Assembly: GCA_934101225.1 (NCBI GenBank)
Contig: CAKOQK010000001.1
Coordinates: forward strand, 64,978 to 128,977
DNA: 64,000 nt
Source of the DNA: an uncultured Bacilli bacterium
GTDB lineage: Bacteria; Bacillota_I; Bacilli_A; RF39; UBA660
Reading direction: 5' to 3'
In this document: piece by piece, positions 8,382 through 19,296 of the stretch
Layout: each line of letters starts with the position of its first letter
Position numbering within the stretch: the first letter of the stretch is position 1
Translations under genes and position numbers: made by a program
Notes under the pieces: generated by a model
Seen by the model: only the letters and a program-made list of their open reading frames with translations
The model's database searches: none
Told to the model about the DNA's origin: nothing

Positions 8382-9383
8382 TTATAACTTTAATAATCTA
8401 TCCATTACTCTAATCATTTGAGCAGTATAACCAAATTCATTATCATACCAAGCAACTATTTTAACTTGTTTCTTATTTACATCTAATACTTTAGTAGATA
8501 ATCCATCAACTAAGGCACCAGTATTAATTCCAACTACATCGCTTGACACAACAGGATCCATTGTAAATTTAAGGGCTTCACTTTGATTATTATTAAATAA
8601 ATTATTTATTTCTTCTTTACTTGTTTCTCTATTTAATGTTAAAGTTACATCAACCATAGATCCATCTATAACTGGTACTCTATAAGCAACGCCTTCCATT
8701 TTTCCACTTAATGATGGAATAACAAGTCCAATAGCTTTAGCAGCTCCTGTACTTGTTGGAATAATATTTGCAGCTGCTGTTCTTCCTCTTCTTGATTCTA
8801 TTCCTTTTTTATGTGAACCATCTAATGTATTTTGATCATTAGTATAAGCATGAATTGTTGACATAAATCCTGATTCTATCCCAATATTATCTTCAATTAA
8901 TTTTAAAACTGGTGCTAAACAATTAGTTGTACAAGAAGCACTAGAAATAACCTCATCGTTACGTTCTAATAAATTATCATTAACTCCATAAACTATTGTT
9001 TTCATCTCACCTTTTCCTGGTGCTGAAATAATTACGTGCTTTGCTCCTGCTTCAATATGTTTATAAGCATCTTCTAATTTAGTAAAAGCACCTGTACATT
9101 CTAAAACTAAATCAACATTTAATTCTTTCCATGGATAATCTTTTGGATCATCTATTTGAAGTACTCTTGTAAACATAGTATCAACTATAATTCCATCTTG
9201 AGTAACATTTATATTCTCATCTAAAGTTCTAAAAACACTATCATACTTAAGTAAATAAGCATTTTCTTCAGCACTACCTCTTGAATTAATTGCAACTACC
9301 TCATAATCACTACTTCCAAGAAGCATTCTATATGCTATTCTACCAATTCTACCAAAACCATTAATTGCTATTCTTTTCTTCAT
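8382..9383 (-). CDS. gap: Glyceraldehyde-3-phosphate dehydrogenase
   Basis: INGFGRIGR NAD-binding motif, active site SCTTNCLAP, WYDNEFGY near the C-terminus. Confidence 0.93.
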   Translation of the reverse strand: MKKRIAINGFGRIGRIAYRMLLGSSDYEVVAINSRGSAEENAYLLKYDSVFRTLDENINVTQDGIIVDTMFTRVLQIDDPKDYPWKELNVDLVLECTGAFTKLEDAYKHIEAGAKHVIISAPGKGEMKTIVYGVNDNLLERNDEVISSASCTTNCLAPVLKLIEDNIGIESGFMSTIHAYTNDQNTLDGSHKKGIESRRGRTAAANIIPTSTGAAKAIGLVIPSLSGKMEGVAYRVPVIDGSMVDVTLTLNRETSKEEINNLFNNNQSEALKFTMDPVVSSDVVGINTGALVDGLSTKVLDVNKKQVKIVAWYDNEFGYTAQMIRVMDRLLKL

Positions 9384-9398
9384 TTTTTCTTCTCCTTT

Positions 9399-10382
9399 TT
9401 AAATTTTACTAAATATATTTTTCTTTTTAATACCAATTAGTAAGCCACTACCAATAAATAAAATAACTAACAAATATAACATATAATCAATAATTCCGGT
9501 TTTAGGATTTTCAACTACATCTCCATCTTTATTCGGATTAGCATTCTTAAAACTATTTGTATCTTTATTATTACCTACACTATCATTATTATTATTTTCA
9601 GAATCTTTGTTATTTTCATTATCTTTATTTTGTCGTTCTTCAAATGCTGCTTTAAGTTTTTCAAAACTTCCATCTGTATTTATTGTCATCATACAATCTA
9701 CTTCAAATTTATCTTCTGTATCAGTTTTCACACTATAATTAACAGTTACAGTACCGTCTTTACTTTTTTTACCATTTAATGCAGTATAATAATTCGATTC
9801 ATACTTAGCAATTTCAACTGCATAATCGCCATATTTGCTTTGCGGTATACATTTTTTATTTTCACCACAAATAAATGTGGATGTATCATCGTCATTCGTA
9901 TCGTCATAAATTAAATATACATCATCAACACTTGTATCAATATTGATATTTAATTCTCCTCCGTAAACTGCTAAATATGAGGCAAGTAAACCATATTTAT
10001 TATCATAATCTATACCATTTATATACTCTACAATTTGATACATAATTTGTCCAAGATTCGCTTTGGCATCATTGTAATAACTTTCACTATAAGACAAGCC
10101 TTTCGCTACATCATATACATATTTAACTTTAATGCCATTTTCAATAAATTCATAATTAGCTTCATATTTTCTATTTCCATTAGTCACATAATATTTATTG
10201 TTATCAAAATCAAATTCAACATTAAATTCTTCTTCTTTATGCTCTGCATTTGTGATGGAAAATTTTTCTGCTGAACGGTTATATTCTTCAACTGCTGCTT
10301 TTAAATTTTCATTATTAACTTGTACATCTGCATTTACCATTAAAGGAATAAACATTATTATAAATAGTACTACCTTTTTCAT
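9399..10382 (-). CDS. Sortase-anchored surface protein (NPKTG sorting signal), function unknown
   Basis: Signal peptide, an Asn/Asp-rich linker, then ENPKTG followed by a TM helix and a KKKN tail. Confidence 0.65.
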   Translation of the reverse strand: MKKVVLFIIMFIPLMVNADVQVNNENLKAAVEEYNRSAEKFSITNAEHKEEEFNVEFDFDNNKYYVTNGNRKYEANYEFIENGIKVKYVYDVAKGLSYSESYYNDAKANLGQIMYQIVEYINGIDYDNKYGLLASYLAVYGGELNINIDTSVDDVYLIYDDTNDDDTSTFICGENKKCIPQSKYGDYAVEIAKYESNYYTALNGKKSKDGTVTVNYSVKTDTEDKFEVDCMMTINTDGSFEKLKAAFEERQNKDNENNKDSENNNNDSVGNNKDTNSFKNANPNKDGDVVENPKTGIIDYMLYLLVILFIGSGLLIGIKKKNIFSKI

Positions 10383-10385
10383 TTT

Positions 10386-11852
10386 CTAACCTCTTTCAAA
10401 ATAACTATCTCCTACAAATTCCCTTAAAATATTACCATCTGGTAAATAATCACTAGGTATTGGAAAAAACATTTGTAATTCATCTATTAATCTTCTTGAT
10501 TCATTATAATATTTAGAATCTATTGGAACACTATATAAAAGTGGTTCAGCATAAACTCTTAATATACCTAATTCATATGTATAAGCCGTATTAAGTACCA
10601 CATTAGCCTCATTCGTAAATGGAAAAACATATTTTGTCTCGCCATTACGTACTTTATCCCAAAGCTTAAGAGTATCTTGAACATTATATCCTCTAGTTCT
10701 ATTATCTCTAACTATTCGTCTAAGCAATCTAATATCAACTGTAGATATATGATTATGTCTATCAACAGATAATGGCATAAAAGGACTAATATACACTTTT
10801 AACTTAGCATCCTGTGGTATTGTACTAGTTAACTTTTCATTTAAACAATGTAATCCTTCAATAAGTATTATATCATTTTCTTTTAATTTTATTATTCTCC
10901 CTTTATATTCTTTCTTTCCTTCAATAAAATTATAAGTTGGAACACTTACCTCTTCACCATTTAATATATCTGCTAACTGTTTATTAAATAAATCTAAATC
11001 AATACAATCAATAGATTCAAAATCATATTCTCCATTTTCTAATTTAGGAGAGTCAACTTTTTCTTTAAAATAATCATCTAAACCTAAATATATTGGATTA
11101 AGCCCTAAAGCACTCATATATAAAGCAAGCTTCTTAGTACTAGTTGTCTTACCAGAAGAAGACGGTCCTCCTAAAAGAATTAATTTCTTATTTTCTTTTC
11201 TAATCAAATTAGCAAGTTCATATATTTGATTATCCATCATAATATCATTTTTCTTAATAAACTCTTTTATCTTACTTTCTGAAACTAACATATTTAAATC
11301 AGATATATAATTAACATGAACTAAATTACACCATGCTTTATAATCACTAAAACTTTTTAATATCATATCCTGGTTATTAAATTTAGGTAATGAGTAATCA
11401 CTTAAATAAGGAGTAGTTAAAACTACACTATTATCTCCTAAATAATTTAACGTATAACAATTTAATTTTCCTGTTGATGCTGGCATATCACTTAAAAAGT
11501 AATTATAATATCCACATAATTCATATATTGTACATGTTTTATTATTAGAATAAAGTATATTATTTGCTTTTTCTATTTCATTTATTTTAATATAAAAATT
11601 ATAAGCATCCTTAACTGTAATAACTTTTTTAGTAATCTTTAAGTCTTTTTTAATTAAATCATCCATGATATTTTTTAATTTATTTATATCATCTGCATTT
11701 AAATTATTTTTACTTTGTATCTTGCAATATAGTCCTTTATCTAATGAATGCATAAAATAAACGTCACATTTAAATAACTTTCTAACAGCAACATACATTA
11801 CCATTTTTAGCCCTGATTGAATTAATTTTGATTCATATCTATCTAGTAACAC
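10386..11852 (-). CDS. Uridine kinase/phosphoribulokinase-family nucleoside kinase with N-terminal extension
   Basis: P-loop GGPSSSGKTTSTKKLA within a C-terminal PRK/uridine kinase-like domain. GTG start with AGGGGAAG just upstream. Confidence 0.7.
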   Translation of the reverse strand: MLLDRYESKLIQSGLKMVMYVAVRKLFKCDVYFMHSLDKGLYCKIQSKNNLNADDINKLKNIMDDLIKKDLKITKKVITVKDAYNFYIKINEIEKANNILYSNNKTCTIYELCGYYNYFLSDMPASTGKLNCYTLNYLGDNSVVLTTPYLSDYSLPKFNNQDMILKSFSDYKAWCNLVHVNYISDLNMLVSESKIKEFIKKNDIMMDNQIYELANLIRKENKKLILLGGPSSSGKTTSTKKLALYMSALGLNPIYLGLDDYFKEKVDSPKLENGEYDFESIDCIDLDLFNKQLADILNGEEVSVPTYNFIEGKKEYKGRIIKLKENDIILIEGLHCLNEKLTSTIPQDAKLKVYISPFMPLSVDRHNHISTVDIRLLRRIVRDNRTRGYNVQDTLKLWDKVRNGETKYVFPFTNEANVVLNTAYTYELGILRVYAEPLLYSVPIDSKYYNESRRLIDELQMFFPIPSDYLPDGNILREFVGDSYFERG

Positions 11853-11895
11853 TTTATCTTCCCCTATTCTTTAACTAGTATACCAAATTATATTT

Positions 11896-11932
11896 AAAAA
11901 TAAAAGAAAGTATAATTAATTTATATACTTTC
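11896..11932 (-). terminator. Rho-independent terminator after cotE
   Basis: 9-bp stem gaaagtata (11906-11914) pairs with tatactttc (11924-11932). A U-run follows on the minus strand (plus aaaaataaaa). Confidence 0.55.
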
Positions 11933-11998
11933 AGTATTAATTTATAGATTTTTGTAATTTATTGTGAACATAAAATATTTTATTTTTAAATTAAATAT

Positions 11999-12520
11999 CT
12001 AATTCTTTTTATTAAGATAATCTTCATCAATCTTAATATCATCTGTTAAATTAGAATTATCTTCTTCATAATCATCATAGTCATCTAAAACATTTATTTT
12101 AACTTTAATATCTCCAACTATTTCTACTCCTAATTCTTTTTCAACTTTAAGTTTTAAAGTATTACCTTCAACAAAAACATCACTTGCACTTGGAGCAGTT
12201 AAACTTCTTACAATAATCTCATTGCCATCTGTTAATTTATCTTTTAAATTAACATTTATTATATCACTATAATTAAATGTTCTAGCTATAACATTAGTCT
12301 TTGTATTATTATCATAAGAATACCATACATTAACATCATATGATCCATTTACAGCTACTTTTCCATTGGAATTATATCCTTTAAATGTATGATTAATTAC
12401 CCAACATCCTAAAACATTACTAATATCCTCTTCAACTAAAATACTATATTCATCTTTACTTGTTTTTTTACTTTTACCAATAACTGCTTTAGTAACTATC
12501 TCTTTATAATTATTATTCAT
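11999..12520 (-). CDS. cotE: Outer spore coat morphogenetic protein CotE
   Basis: YKEIVTKAVIGK..., ILGCWVINH, YDVNVWYSYDNNTKTNV and an acidic C-terminus, co-linear with Bacillus CotE as I recall it. Confidence 0.8.
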   Translation of the reverse strand: MNNNYKEIVTKAVIGKSKKTSKDEYSILVEEDISNVLGCWVINHTFKGYNSNGKVAVNGSYDVNVWYSYDNNTKTNVIARTFNYSDIINVNLKDKLTDGNEIIVRSLTAPSASDVFVEGNTLKLKVEKELGVEIVGDIKVKINVLDDYDDYEEDNSNLTDDIKIDEDYLNKKN

Positions 12521-12606
12521 CCTATCACTCCCTAATTTAACTTATGCATAATAGGCAAAAAAAGTGATAATAACCCAAAAGAAAACAACATAGTCTCCTA
12601 CATTGT

Positions 12607-13797
12607 TTATCTACTATACCAATATGTATATTTATTTGGTAAATTAAGTGTCTTTTTAGCATCAAATAAATTACTAATCCAAGTACTATATGAACTATAT
12701 GTTGAACCATACCATCCATAACCTAGCATAAAGTGTAAGTGAGCACCAGTTGAACAGCTTTCCCAGCTTTGAGTCTTTCTTCCGCCACCAACATGACCTA
12801 TAACGGTTTCACTTGTTACTTTATCACCAACTTTAACATTTATATCTAATAAATGCATATAACCTGACGTATATTTTTTTCCATTAATTGTATGATAAAT
12901 ATAAACTTGTCTACCACCACATATCTTTTTACTGGTGTTATCAATAATCATTCCTACTACCCCATTAGCAGTAGCATAAACATTAGTTCCTTCTGCATTA
13001 CCACCAATATCAGTACCACTATGGAATCTATAACTTCCTCTAATTGGATCTATACGATATCCAAAATAACTAGTAATAGTTCCTTTAATTAATGGTTTTC
13101 TAAACATAGTATCTCCTTTAACAGAAACACATTCATTTAAATCTTGATTATCTTTACAACCTAATCCTTCATAATATTTAATTAAAGAATTAATTCCATC
13201 TATTTGCTCTTGAATATCCATTGTTATATCACTAATTTTTTCTAAATCACTGCCAAGAGAATCAATACTACTTTCAAGAGATGCTATTTTCTTATTAAGT
13301 TCTTCTTCCTGTTTAGCTAAATCAACTTGTAATTGTTCATTATAAGTAACTTTACTTTCCCAAGACTCTATCTGACTATTATTATAACCTAAAATTTGAT
13401 TAACAACTTCATAACGATATACTAAATCAGCATAGCTTTCAGCCTGAAAAATATATTCTAAATAAATATTATCCCCCTGTAATAATTCATAAGAATTAAT
13501 TAATCTTTTAATACTTTCCTTAGTACTAGCAATTTCATTATTTAATTCTTCAACTTCTTTTTTAGCGTTTGCAATCTTTTCTCTATTTTGAGTTATTTCA
13601 TTTTGCGATGTATAAATATTATTTCTTGCACTTTCTATTTCATTATTAGTTCTTTTCTTTTTATATTCTTGATTAGCCTTCTTAGTTTTTAAAGCTGCAA
13701 GTTCACTTTTTAATTCTCCTAAAGTTCTTGCATTAGTAGCAAATACATTTGGAATAAATAATATAATAGTTAATAACAAAACAATAATCTTTTTCAT
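12607..13797 (-). CDS. M23 family peptidase with N-terminal coiled coil (EnvC/PcsB-like FtsEX partner)
   Basis: Signal peptide, ~200 aa coiled coil, and M23 motifs HSGTDIG and GAHLHF. Overlaps the ftsX stop. Confidence 0.85.
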   Translation of the reverse strand: MKKIIVLLLTIILFIPNVFATNARTLGELKSELAALKTKKANQEYKKKRTNNEIESARNNIYTSQNEITQNREKIANAKKEVEELNNEIASTKESIKRLINSYELLQGDNIYLEYIFQAESYADLVYRYEVVNQILGYNNSQIESWESKVTYNEQLQVDLAKQEEELNKKIASLESSIDSLGSDLEKISDITMDIQEQIDGINSLIKYYEGLGCKDNQDLNECVSVKGDTMFRKPLIKGTITSYFGYRIDPIRGSYRFHSGTDIGGNAEGTNVYATANGVVGMIIDNTSKKICGGRQVYIYHTINGKKYTSGYMHLLDINVKVGDKVTSETVIGHVGGGRKTQSWESCSTGAHLHFMLGYGWYGSTYSSYSTWISNLFDAKKTLNLPNKYTYWYSR

Positions 13798-14702
13798 ATT
13801 GTTAAATACTTTCTAACAGCCTTAACTGATGAAAACGCTCCTATTACAGTACCAATTAATATTAATAATAATGATACCTTATAAACAATTTCTCCTGGAC
13901 TAACTAAAGTAAGAATATTCATAATATTTGATAAATTAACTGTATTTAAAGCATTATAGGCATAACTATAACCAAATATAGTGATAAGAACAGGAACTAT
14001 ACTACCTATAAAACCAATAAAGAATCCTTCAATAAAGAAAGGTAACTTAATAACTATATTACTAGTTCCTACTAATCTCATAATGTCTATTTCTCTCTTC
14101 CTAGAGAAAATAGTAATTTTAATTGTATTATTAATTAAAAAGGCTGTAACTAATATAAGTCCAATAACTAAGCCAATTGTAATTTTTTTAACTGCTTCAA
14201 AAACTTTAATTAAATCATTAACAGTTGTTTCTCCATATTTAACTAAAGAAACTTTTTCTAAATTCTTAATAGTTGTAGCAGTCTCGTTTATATCTTTAAC
14301 ATTTTTTACATCAACGATAAATGAATCTTGTAAAGGATTTTCTCCTTCTTCCCAAGTACTTATTATTTTATTAAAAGTATCATTCTCATTAGCCATACTA
14401 TTTTTAATATCTTCTTTAGATTTAAATGTTACATTGTTAATATTATCAATATTTTTTAAATCTTCTTTAGTTTTATTAAGTTCATCACTTGTAATATCTT
14501 TATCCATAAATATAACAATTGTTAATTCATCTTCAATATTTTTAGTAACATTGTTAATATTATATGAAAGTAGCATTCCAATAGATACTAATATTAAGGT
14601 AATAATAGAACAAGTAATAGATGCCATACTTAAACTAAAATTACGTAATATACTTTTACCCGCATTTTGAATGCTTCTACCAATAATTCTAAATATCTTC
14701 AT
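13794..14702 (-). CDS. ftsX: Cell division permease-like protein FtsX
   Basis: Four TM helices with an extracellular loop after TM1. Overlaps ftsE and the M23 gene. Confidence 0.85.
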   Translation of the reverse strand: MKIFRIIGRSIQNAGKSILRNFSLSMASITCSIITLILVSIGMLLSYNINNVTKNIEDELTIVIFMDKDITSDELNKTKEDLKNIDNINNVTFKSKEDIKNSMANENDTFNKIISTWEEGENPLQDSFIVDVKNVKDINETATTIKNLEKVSLVKYGETTVNDLIKVFEAVKKITIGLVIGLILVTAFLINNTIKITIFSRKREIDIMRLVGTSNIVIKLPFFIEGFFIGFIGSIVPVLITIFGYSYAYNALNTVNLSNIMNILTLVSPGEIVYKVSLLLILIGTVIGAFSSVKAVRKYLTI

Positions 14703-15390
14703 TTACTTTATATCTTCCTTTCGCATAATCTCCACTAATTAAGCCATTCTTAATTACGATTACTCTTTTTTTCATTCTATTAACTATATCTTGATCATGA
14801 GTTGCCATAACAACAGTTGTACCTGTTTCTTTATTGATTTTATCAATTACATCCATTATTTCTTTACTTGTTTCAGGATCTAAGTTTCCAGTTGGTTCAT
14901 CACAAATTAATAATTTTGGTTTATTAACTATTGCTCTAGCAATACATACTCTTTGTTGTTCACCACCTGATAATTCATAGGGAAATGACCTTGTTTTATT
15001 AGATAGTCCAACCTGTTCTAAGGCATCAAGTACCATTGGTCTTATCTCTTTTGAACTAAGTCCATAACTTTCTAATGGATAAGAAACATTTTCATAAACT
15101 GTTAATTTAGGAAGTAATTTGTAATCTTGGAAAACAATTCCTATTTTTCTTCTTAATTTATAAATTTTACTATTTCTTAGTTTGGCTACATTTACTCCAC
15201 CAACTGTAACATTTCCTTTACTAGGTTTTTCTTCACGATAAAGCAATTTAATTAAGGTTGATTTACCAGATGCAGTTTGACCTATTATAAAGCAAAAATC
15301 ACCTTTTTTAATTTTTAAATTTACTCCAGCAAGCCCCGTTACACCATTTTTATATATTTTATATACATCTTTAAGTTCTATAAATTCCAT
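14689..15390 (-). CDS. ftsE: Cell division ATP-binding protein FtsE
   Basis: Walker A GQTASGKST, LSGGEQQR, ICDEPTGNLD. The track start is TTG 15420; I prefer ATG 15390 (MEFIELKDVYKIY). Confidence 0.88.
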   Translation of the reverse strand: MEFIELKDVYKIYKNGVTGLAGVNLKIKKGDFCFIIGQTASGKSTLIKLLYREEKPSKGNVTVGGVNVAKLRNSKIYKLRRKIGIVFQDYKLLPKLTVYENVSYPLESYGLSSKEIRPMVLDALEQVGLSNKTRSFPYELSGGEQQRVCIARAIVNKPKLLICDEPTGNLDPETSKEIMDVIDKINKETGTTVVMATHDQDIVNRMKKRVIVIKNGLISGDYAKGRYKVNEDI

Positions 15391-15499
15391 CAAAACATCT
15401 CTACTTTCTATAGTAAACAATTAAATTATATCATATATTGACAATTTTTGCGTACCAATTTATGGAATTTTACATTTCTCATAACTTTTATAGAAAATC

Positions 15500-15526
15500 A
15501 AAAAAAGACTTATTGTTTTAAGCCTT
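15500..15526 (-). terminator. Possible terminator after serS
   Basis: On the minus strand AGGCTTA-AAACAA-TAAGTCT forms a stem with one G-U pair, followed by TTTTTTT. Confidence 0.4.
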
Positions 15527-15539
15527 TAATAATTAATCA

Positions 15540-16829
15540 TTATTTATTTTTTGGAACTATTTTTTCTAAACCGCCCATATATGGTTGTAAAACTTTAGGT
15601 ATATTAATACTTCCATCTTCATTATAGTTGTTTTCTACAACGGCAATTAATCCACGTGGTGTTGCAAGTACTGTGTTATTCAGGGTATGTAAATAATAAT
15701 TACCATTATCTCCCTTAACACGAATACCTAATCTTCTAGCTTGTGCATCTCCTAAATTAGAACAAGAACCTACTTCAAAATATTTCTTTTGTCTAGGACT
15801 CCATGCTTCAATATCACATGATTTAACTTTTAAATCAGCTAAATCTCCAGAGCAGCATTCAAGTTGTCTTACTGGAACATCCATATTTCTAAATACTTTA
15901 ACAGTATATTTCCACATTTTATTGTATTCTTCCATAGATTTTTCAGGTTCACATAAAACGATCATTTCTTGTTTTTCAAATTGATGAACTCGGTATAAAC
16001 CTCTTTCTTCTAGTCCATGAGATCCGCCTTCTTTTCTAAAGCAAGGTGAATAACTTGTCATTCTAATTGGTAATTCCTCTTTTTTAACCATTTGTCCTTT
16101 AAATCTACCAATCATTGAATGTTCAGAAGTACCTATTAAATATAAATCTTCTCCTTCAATTTTATACATCATAGCTTCCATTTCTGGAAAAGACATAACT
16201 CCAGTTACTACATCAGCATGAATCATAAAAGGTGGAATAGCATAAGTAAAACCTTTATTTATCATATAATCTCTTGCATAAGCAATCATTGCTTCATGTA
16301 GTCTTGCTATATCACCTAACAAATAATAGAATCCTTCACCACTAGTTCGACCTGCTGATTCTTTATCCATACCACCTACAGCGTTAATAATATCTGCATG
16401 ATAAGGTATTTCATAACTAGGAACAACTGGGTCTCCAAATCTTTCAACTTCAATATTTTCACTATCATCTTTACCAATTGGAACAGATTCATCAATAATA
16501 TTAGGAATAACCATCATCTTTTCTTTAATAAGATTATTCTTCTTCTCTTCAGATATCTCTAATATCTTAATTTGAGCATCCATATCACTTATTTTCTTTT
16601 TAACTTCGTCAGCCTCATCCTTTTTACCATCTTTTAAAAGAACACCAATACTTTTAGATAAATTATTTTTCTCACTTCTTAAATTATCACCTTTAAGTTT
16701 TGCTTCTCTAACCTCTTTATCAAGTTCAAAAACCTCATCAACTAATCCAAGTTTTTCATCTTGAAATTTCTTTTTTATATTTTCTTTTACTAATTCACGA
16801 TTTTCTCTAATTAATTTAATATCAATCAT
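15540..16829 (-). CDS. serS: Seryl-tRNA synthetase
   Basis: N-terminal coiled-coil arm and class II core (FRKEGGSHG, TLNNTVLATPR). Confidence 0.93.
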   Translation of the reverse strand: MIDIKLIRENRELVKENIKKKFQDEKLGLVDEVFELDKEVREAKLKGDNLRSEKNNLSKSIGVLLKDGKKDEADEVKKKISDMDAQIKILEISEEKKNNLIKEKMMVIPNIIDESVPIGKDDSENIEVERFGDPVVPSYEIPYHADIINAVGGMDKESAGRTSGEGFYYLLGDIARLHEAMIAYARDYMINKGFTYAIPPFMIHADVVTGVMSFPEMEAMMYKIEGEDLYLIGTSEHSMIGRFKGQMVKKEELPIRMTSYSPCFRKEGGSHGLEERGLYRVHQFEKQEMIVLCEPEKSMEEYNKMWKYTVKVFRNMDVPVRQLECCSGDLADLKVKSCDIEAWSPRQKKYFEVGSCSNLGDAQARRLGIRVKGDNGNYYLHTLNNTVLATPRGLIAVVENNYNEDGSINIPKVLQPYMGGLEKIVPKNK

Positions 16830-16909
16830 GATTATATCTCCTTCCCTATTAAAGTTTTAATCAAGCTTTATAATCAAATTTTAGCATATATTTTATTTTT
16901 ATTCAAAAA

Positions 16910-19156
16910 TTATTTAAATAATTCATTATATACTTCATTAAAATTACTAATATATCTTAATTTTACATTTTCTAGTATCTCAATAGGAATTAAATCTTCA
17001 TCTACTTTATTTTGTAAAGGCAAATAAATTATATTTAATCTATTATTATATGCTGTAATTATTTTATCTTTTAATCTATTTACTTTTAATATTTGACCAT
17101 ATAAATCTAGAGCACCAATAAAACAAATATTATTATCTATTTTTTTACTAGATATTGTACTCATTATTGAAGCAGCAATACCAAGTCCCCCAGAAAATCC
17201 ATCTAATTCATATTTATTAACATTAAAATTTAAATGAATATTATCTTCTAATTTTAAATATTTATTATTTTTTAAATAACTAATAACCATTAATATTGAA
17301 TTATTTAAATTTTTTCCTACATTACCTGTAACAATCATTTTATCGTTAATTATTGAGGATACTTTAACACATGCTCCTCCATAACCACTAACTCCAACGA
17401 TGTTTGCCTCACCCACATGCAACTCATTATCAACCAAATTATTAATAGGTCTGCCTAATATTTCTTTAAAATTAGGTTCTTTTTTTACTCCATTAATTAA
17501 CATATATCTTATTATTTTATCTAATAATCTTTCTAATTCTCTAATACCAGGATCACAAATATAACTATTAATTAGTTCTAATATTTCTTCCTTAGTTATA
17601 TTTATCTTCTTAATGTTATACTTTCGACTAATCTTAGGGATTAGGTAATTTATAGCAATATTTTGTTTATCAAAAGGCGTATAATTATCAATATATATTA
17701 TTTCCAATCTATCTTTTAATACTGGATTAATATTATTTACATCATTAGCAGTTAATATAAATAATACATTAGATAAATCATAAGGTTCTTCGATATAATT
17801 ATCAGTAAACGATTTATTTAAATTATTATCTAATATATCTAATAAAGTACTAGAAGGGTCTCCTTTATAATCTTTAACTATTTTATCTACTTCATCTATT
17901 AAAATAACCGGATTATTCGTATTACACTTAATTATAGCCTCCATTATTTTACCAGGAGATGCTCCTAAATATGTTCTTCTATGTCCAATAAGTTCAGATG
18001 AATCATTCGTTCCTCCAACACTTATTTTATAAAATTTTCTTTTTAATGCTTCAGCAATTGATGATGCAATTGTACTCTTACCAACTCCTGGTGATCCAAC
18101 TAAACATATTATTGGATTTTCAAGTTCTGGATTCTTACTCTTAAAATAGGCATATTCTTTAATTCTAGTTTTAATACTTTCCATTTTATAATGGGTATTA
18201 TCTAAATATTCACTTATTTTCTTTAAATTAGTTTCTTCCTCACTTGCCTTATTAAATGGTAAATTAATTAAAGTATCTATATATGATCTTATAACACTTA
18301 TTTCTGGATTATTAACAGGAGTATATTCATACTTTTTTAATTCACTTAATAATTTATTTCTAATATCATCACTAACATTTAATGAATTAATTTTATCTAA
18401 ATATTCACTTATTTCTGTATCTTTACTATTTTTAACTCCCAATTCTTCATTTAACTTATCAATTTTATTTTTGATAATAAATTCTTTTTGTTCTTTTTCT
18501 AATCCACTTCTTATTTCATTATCAATTTTATGATCTAATGAAAGTATTTCTAATTCGACACTTATATCTTTAACAAGCATTTTAGCTCTTTCTACTTCAT
18601 TAAATTCATTCATATAAGCTATTTTTTTATCTATTGGAAATTTCAAAAAATTAACTATTATATCGGTTAATTCATCCAAACTTAATTTTTCATTTATTTT
18701 AGATAATATACTATTAGATACTTCAGTAGAAGAAGTAATATATTGTTTTAATAAATTAATTAATTTTTTCTTTAAAGCAATACTTTCTACTGATTCCCCA
18801 TTATCAATATAAATCATTTTAACATTGCCTATTAATATTGATTTATTATATCGATAATTAGAATATTCATTTATTTTAACTCTATTTAAGCCTTTTAATA
18901 CAACTCTATAATTTTTATTAGGTAACACGACACAAGATTTAATTAAACAAAGAACTCCTACATTTGGTAAATCTGATACACCAAGTGATTCTTCTTTTGT
19001 TTCATTAGGTAAAATAACAACTACTTTTTTATCATATTTATTTTGTGCTACTTCGATAATTTTTTGTGATAACTCATTATTTAGTTCTAAACGTACTTCG
19101 GCAGTTGGTAAAATAGATAACTTCTTAAGTAACAATATTGGTAAGTTTTTATCCAC
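16910..19156 (-). CDS. lon: Lon protease (endopeptidase La)
   Basis: Lon N-domain, Walker A GSPGVGKST, Walker B ILIDEVDK. The protease dyad context is retained (DGFSGG; LKDK). GTG start sits 5 nt after AGGAGGTG. Confidence 0.85.
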   Translation of the reverse strand: MDKNLPILLLKKLSILPTAEVRLELNNELSQKIIEVAQNKYDKKVVVILPNETKEESLGVSDLPNVGVLCLIKSCVVLPNKNYRVVLKGLNRVKINEYSNYRYNKSILIGNVKMIYIDNGESVESIALKKKLINLLKQYITSSTEVSNSILSKINEKLSLDELTDIIVNFLKFPIDKKIAYMNEFNEVERAKMLVKDISVELEILSLDHKIDNEIRSGLEKEQKEFIIKNKIDKLNEELGVKNSKDTEISEYLDKINSLNVSDDIRNKLLSELKKYEYTPVNNPEISVIRSYIDTLINLPFNKASEEETNLKKISEYLDNTHYKMESIKTRIKEYAYFKSKNPELENPIICLVGSPGVGKSTIASSIAEALKRKFYKISVGGTNDSSELIGHRRTYLGASPGKIMEAIIKCNTNNPVILIDEVDKIVKDYKGDPSSTLLDILDNNLNKSFTDNYIEEPYDLSNVLFILTANDVNNINPVLKDRLEIIYIDNYTPFDKQNIAINYLIPKISRKYNIKKINITKEEILELINSYICDPGIRELERLLDKIIRYMLINGVKKEPNFKEILGRPINNLVDNELHVGEANIVGVSGYGGACVKVSSIINDKMIVTGNVGKNLNNSILMVISYLKNNKYLKLEDNIHLNFNVNKYELDGFSGGLGIAASIMSTISSKKIDNNICFIGALDLYGQILKVNRLKDKIITAYNNRLNIIYLPLQNKVDEDLIPIEILENVKLRYISNFNEVYNELFK

Positions 19157-19276
19157 TTTTGCACCTCCTGAATATGTAATTTATTATAGCATAATATTTT
19201 TTTTCGTAAATAGTTTTTAAGTGATTTTTTAAATTTAAATTAGTGCTTATTTAAAACTATATTTCATCAAAATAAA

Positions 19277-19296
19277 AATAGGACTTATCTCCTATT
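19277..19296 (-). terminator. Possible terminator overlapping the pdp stop codon
   Basis: On the minus strand AATAGGA-GATAAG-TCCTATT followed by TTTTATTTT. Confidence 0.4.

Noticed and set aside
13981-14670. 229-aa plus-strand ORF from the track
   Set aside because: It lies entirely antisense to ftsX. The sequence is low-complexity and Ile/Leu/Ser-rich, typical of the reverse frame of an AT-rich gene. It has no RBS. The minus-strand gene has clear FtsX topology.
16830-16909. T-box leaders upstream of serS (and of argS at 26001-26066)
   Set aside because: The intergenic regions are only ~80 and ~66 nt, far too short for a T-box, and no specifier or T-box sequence was seen.
16910-19156. Degenerate (pseudo-protease) Lon
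   Set aside because: The protease region is divergent, but the Ser (DGFSGG) and Lys (LKDK) of the dyad context are retained.
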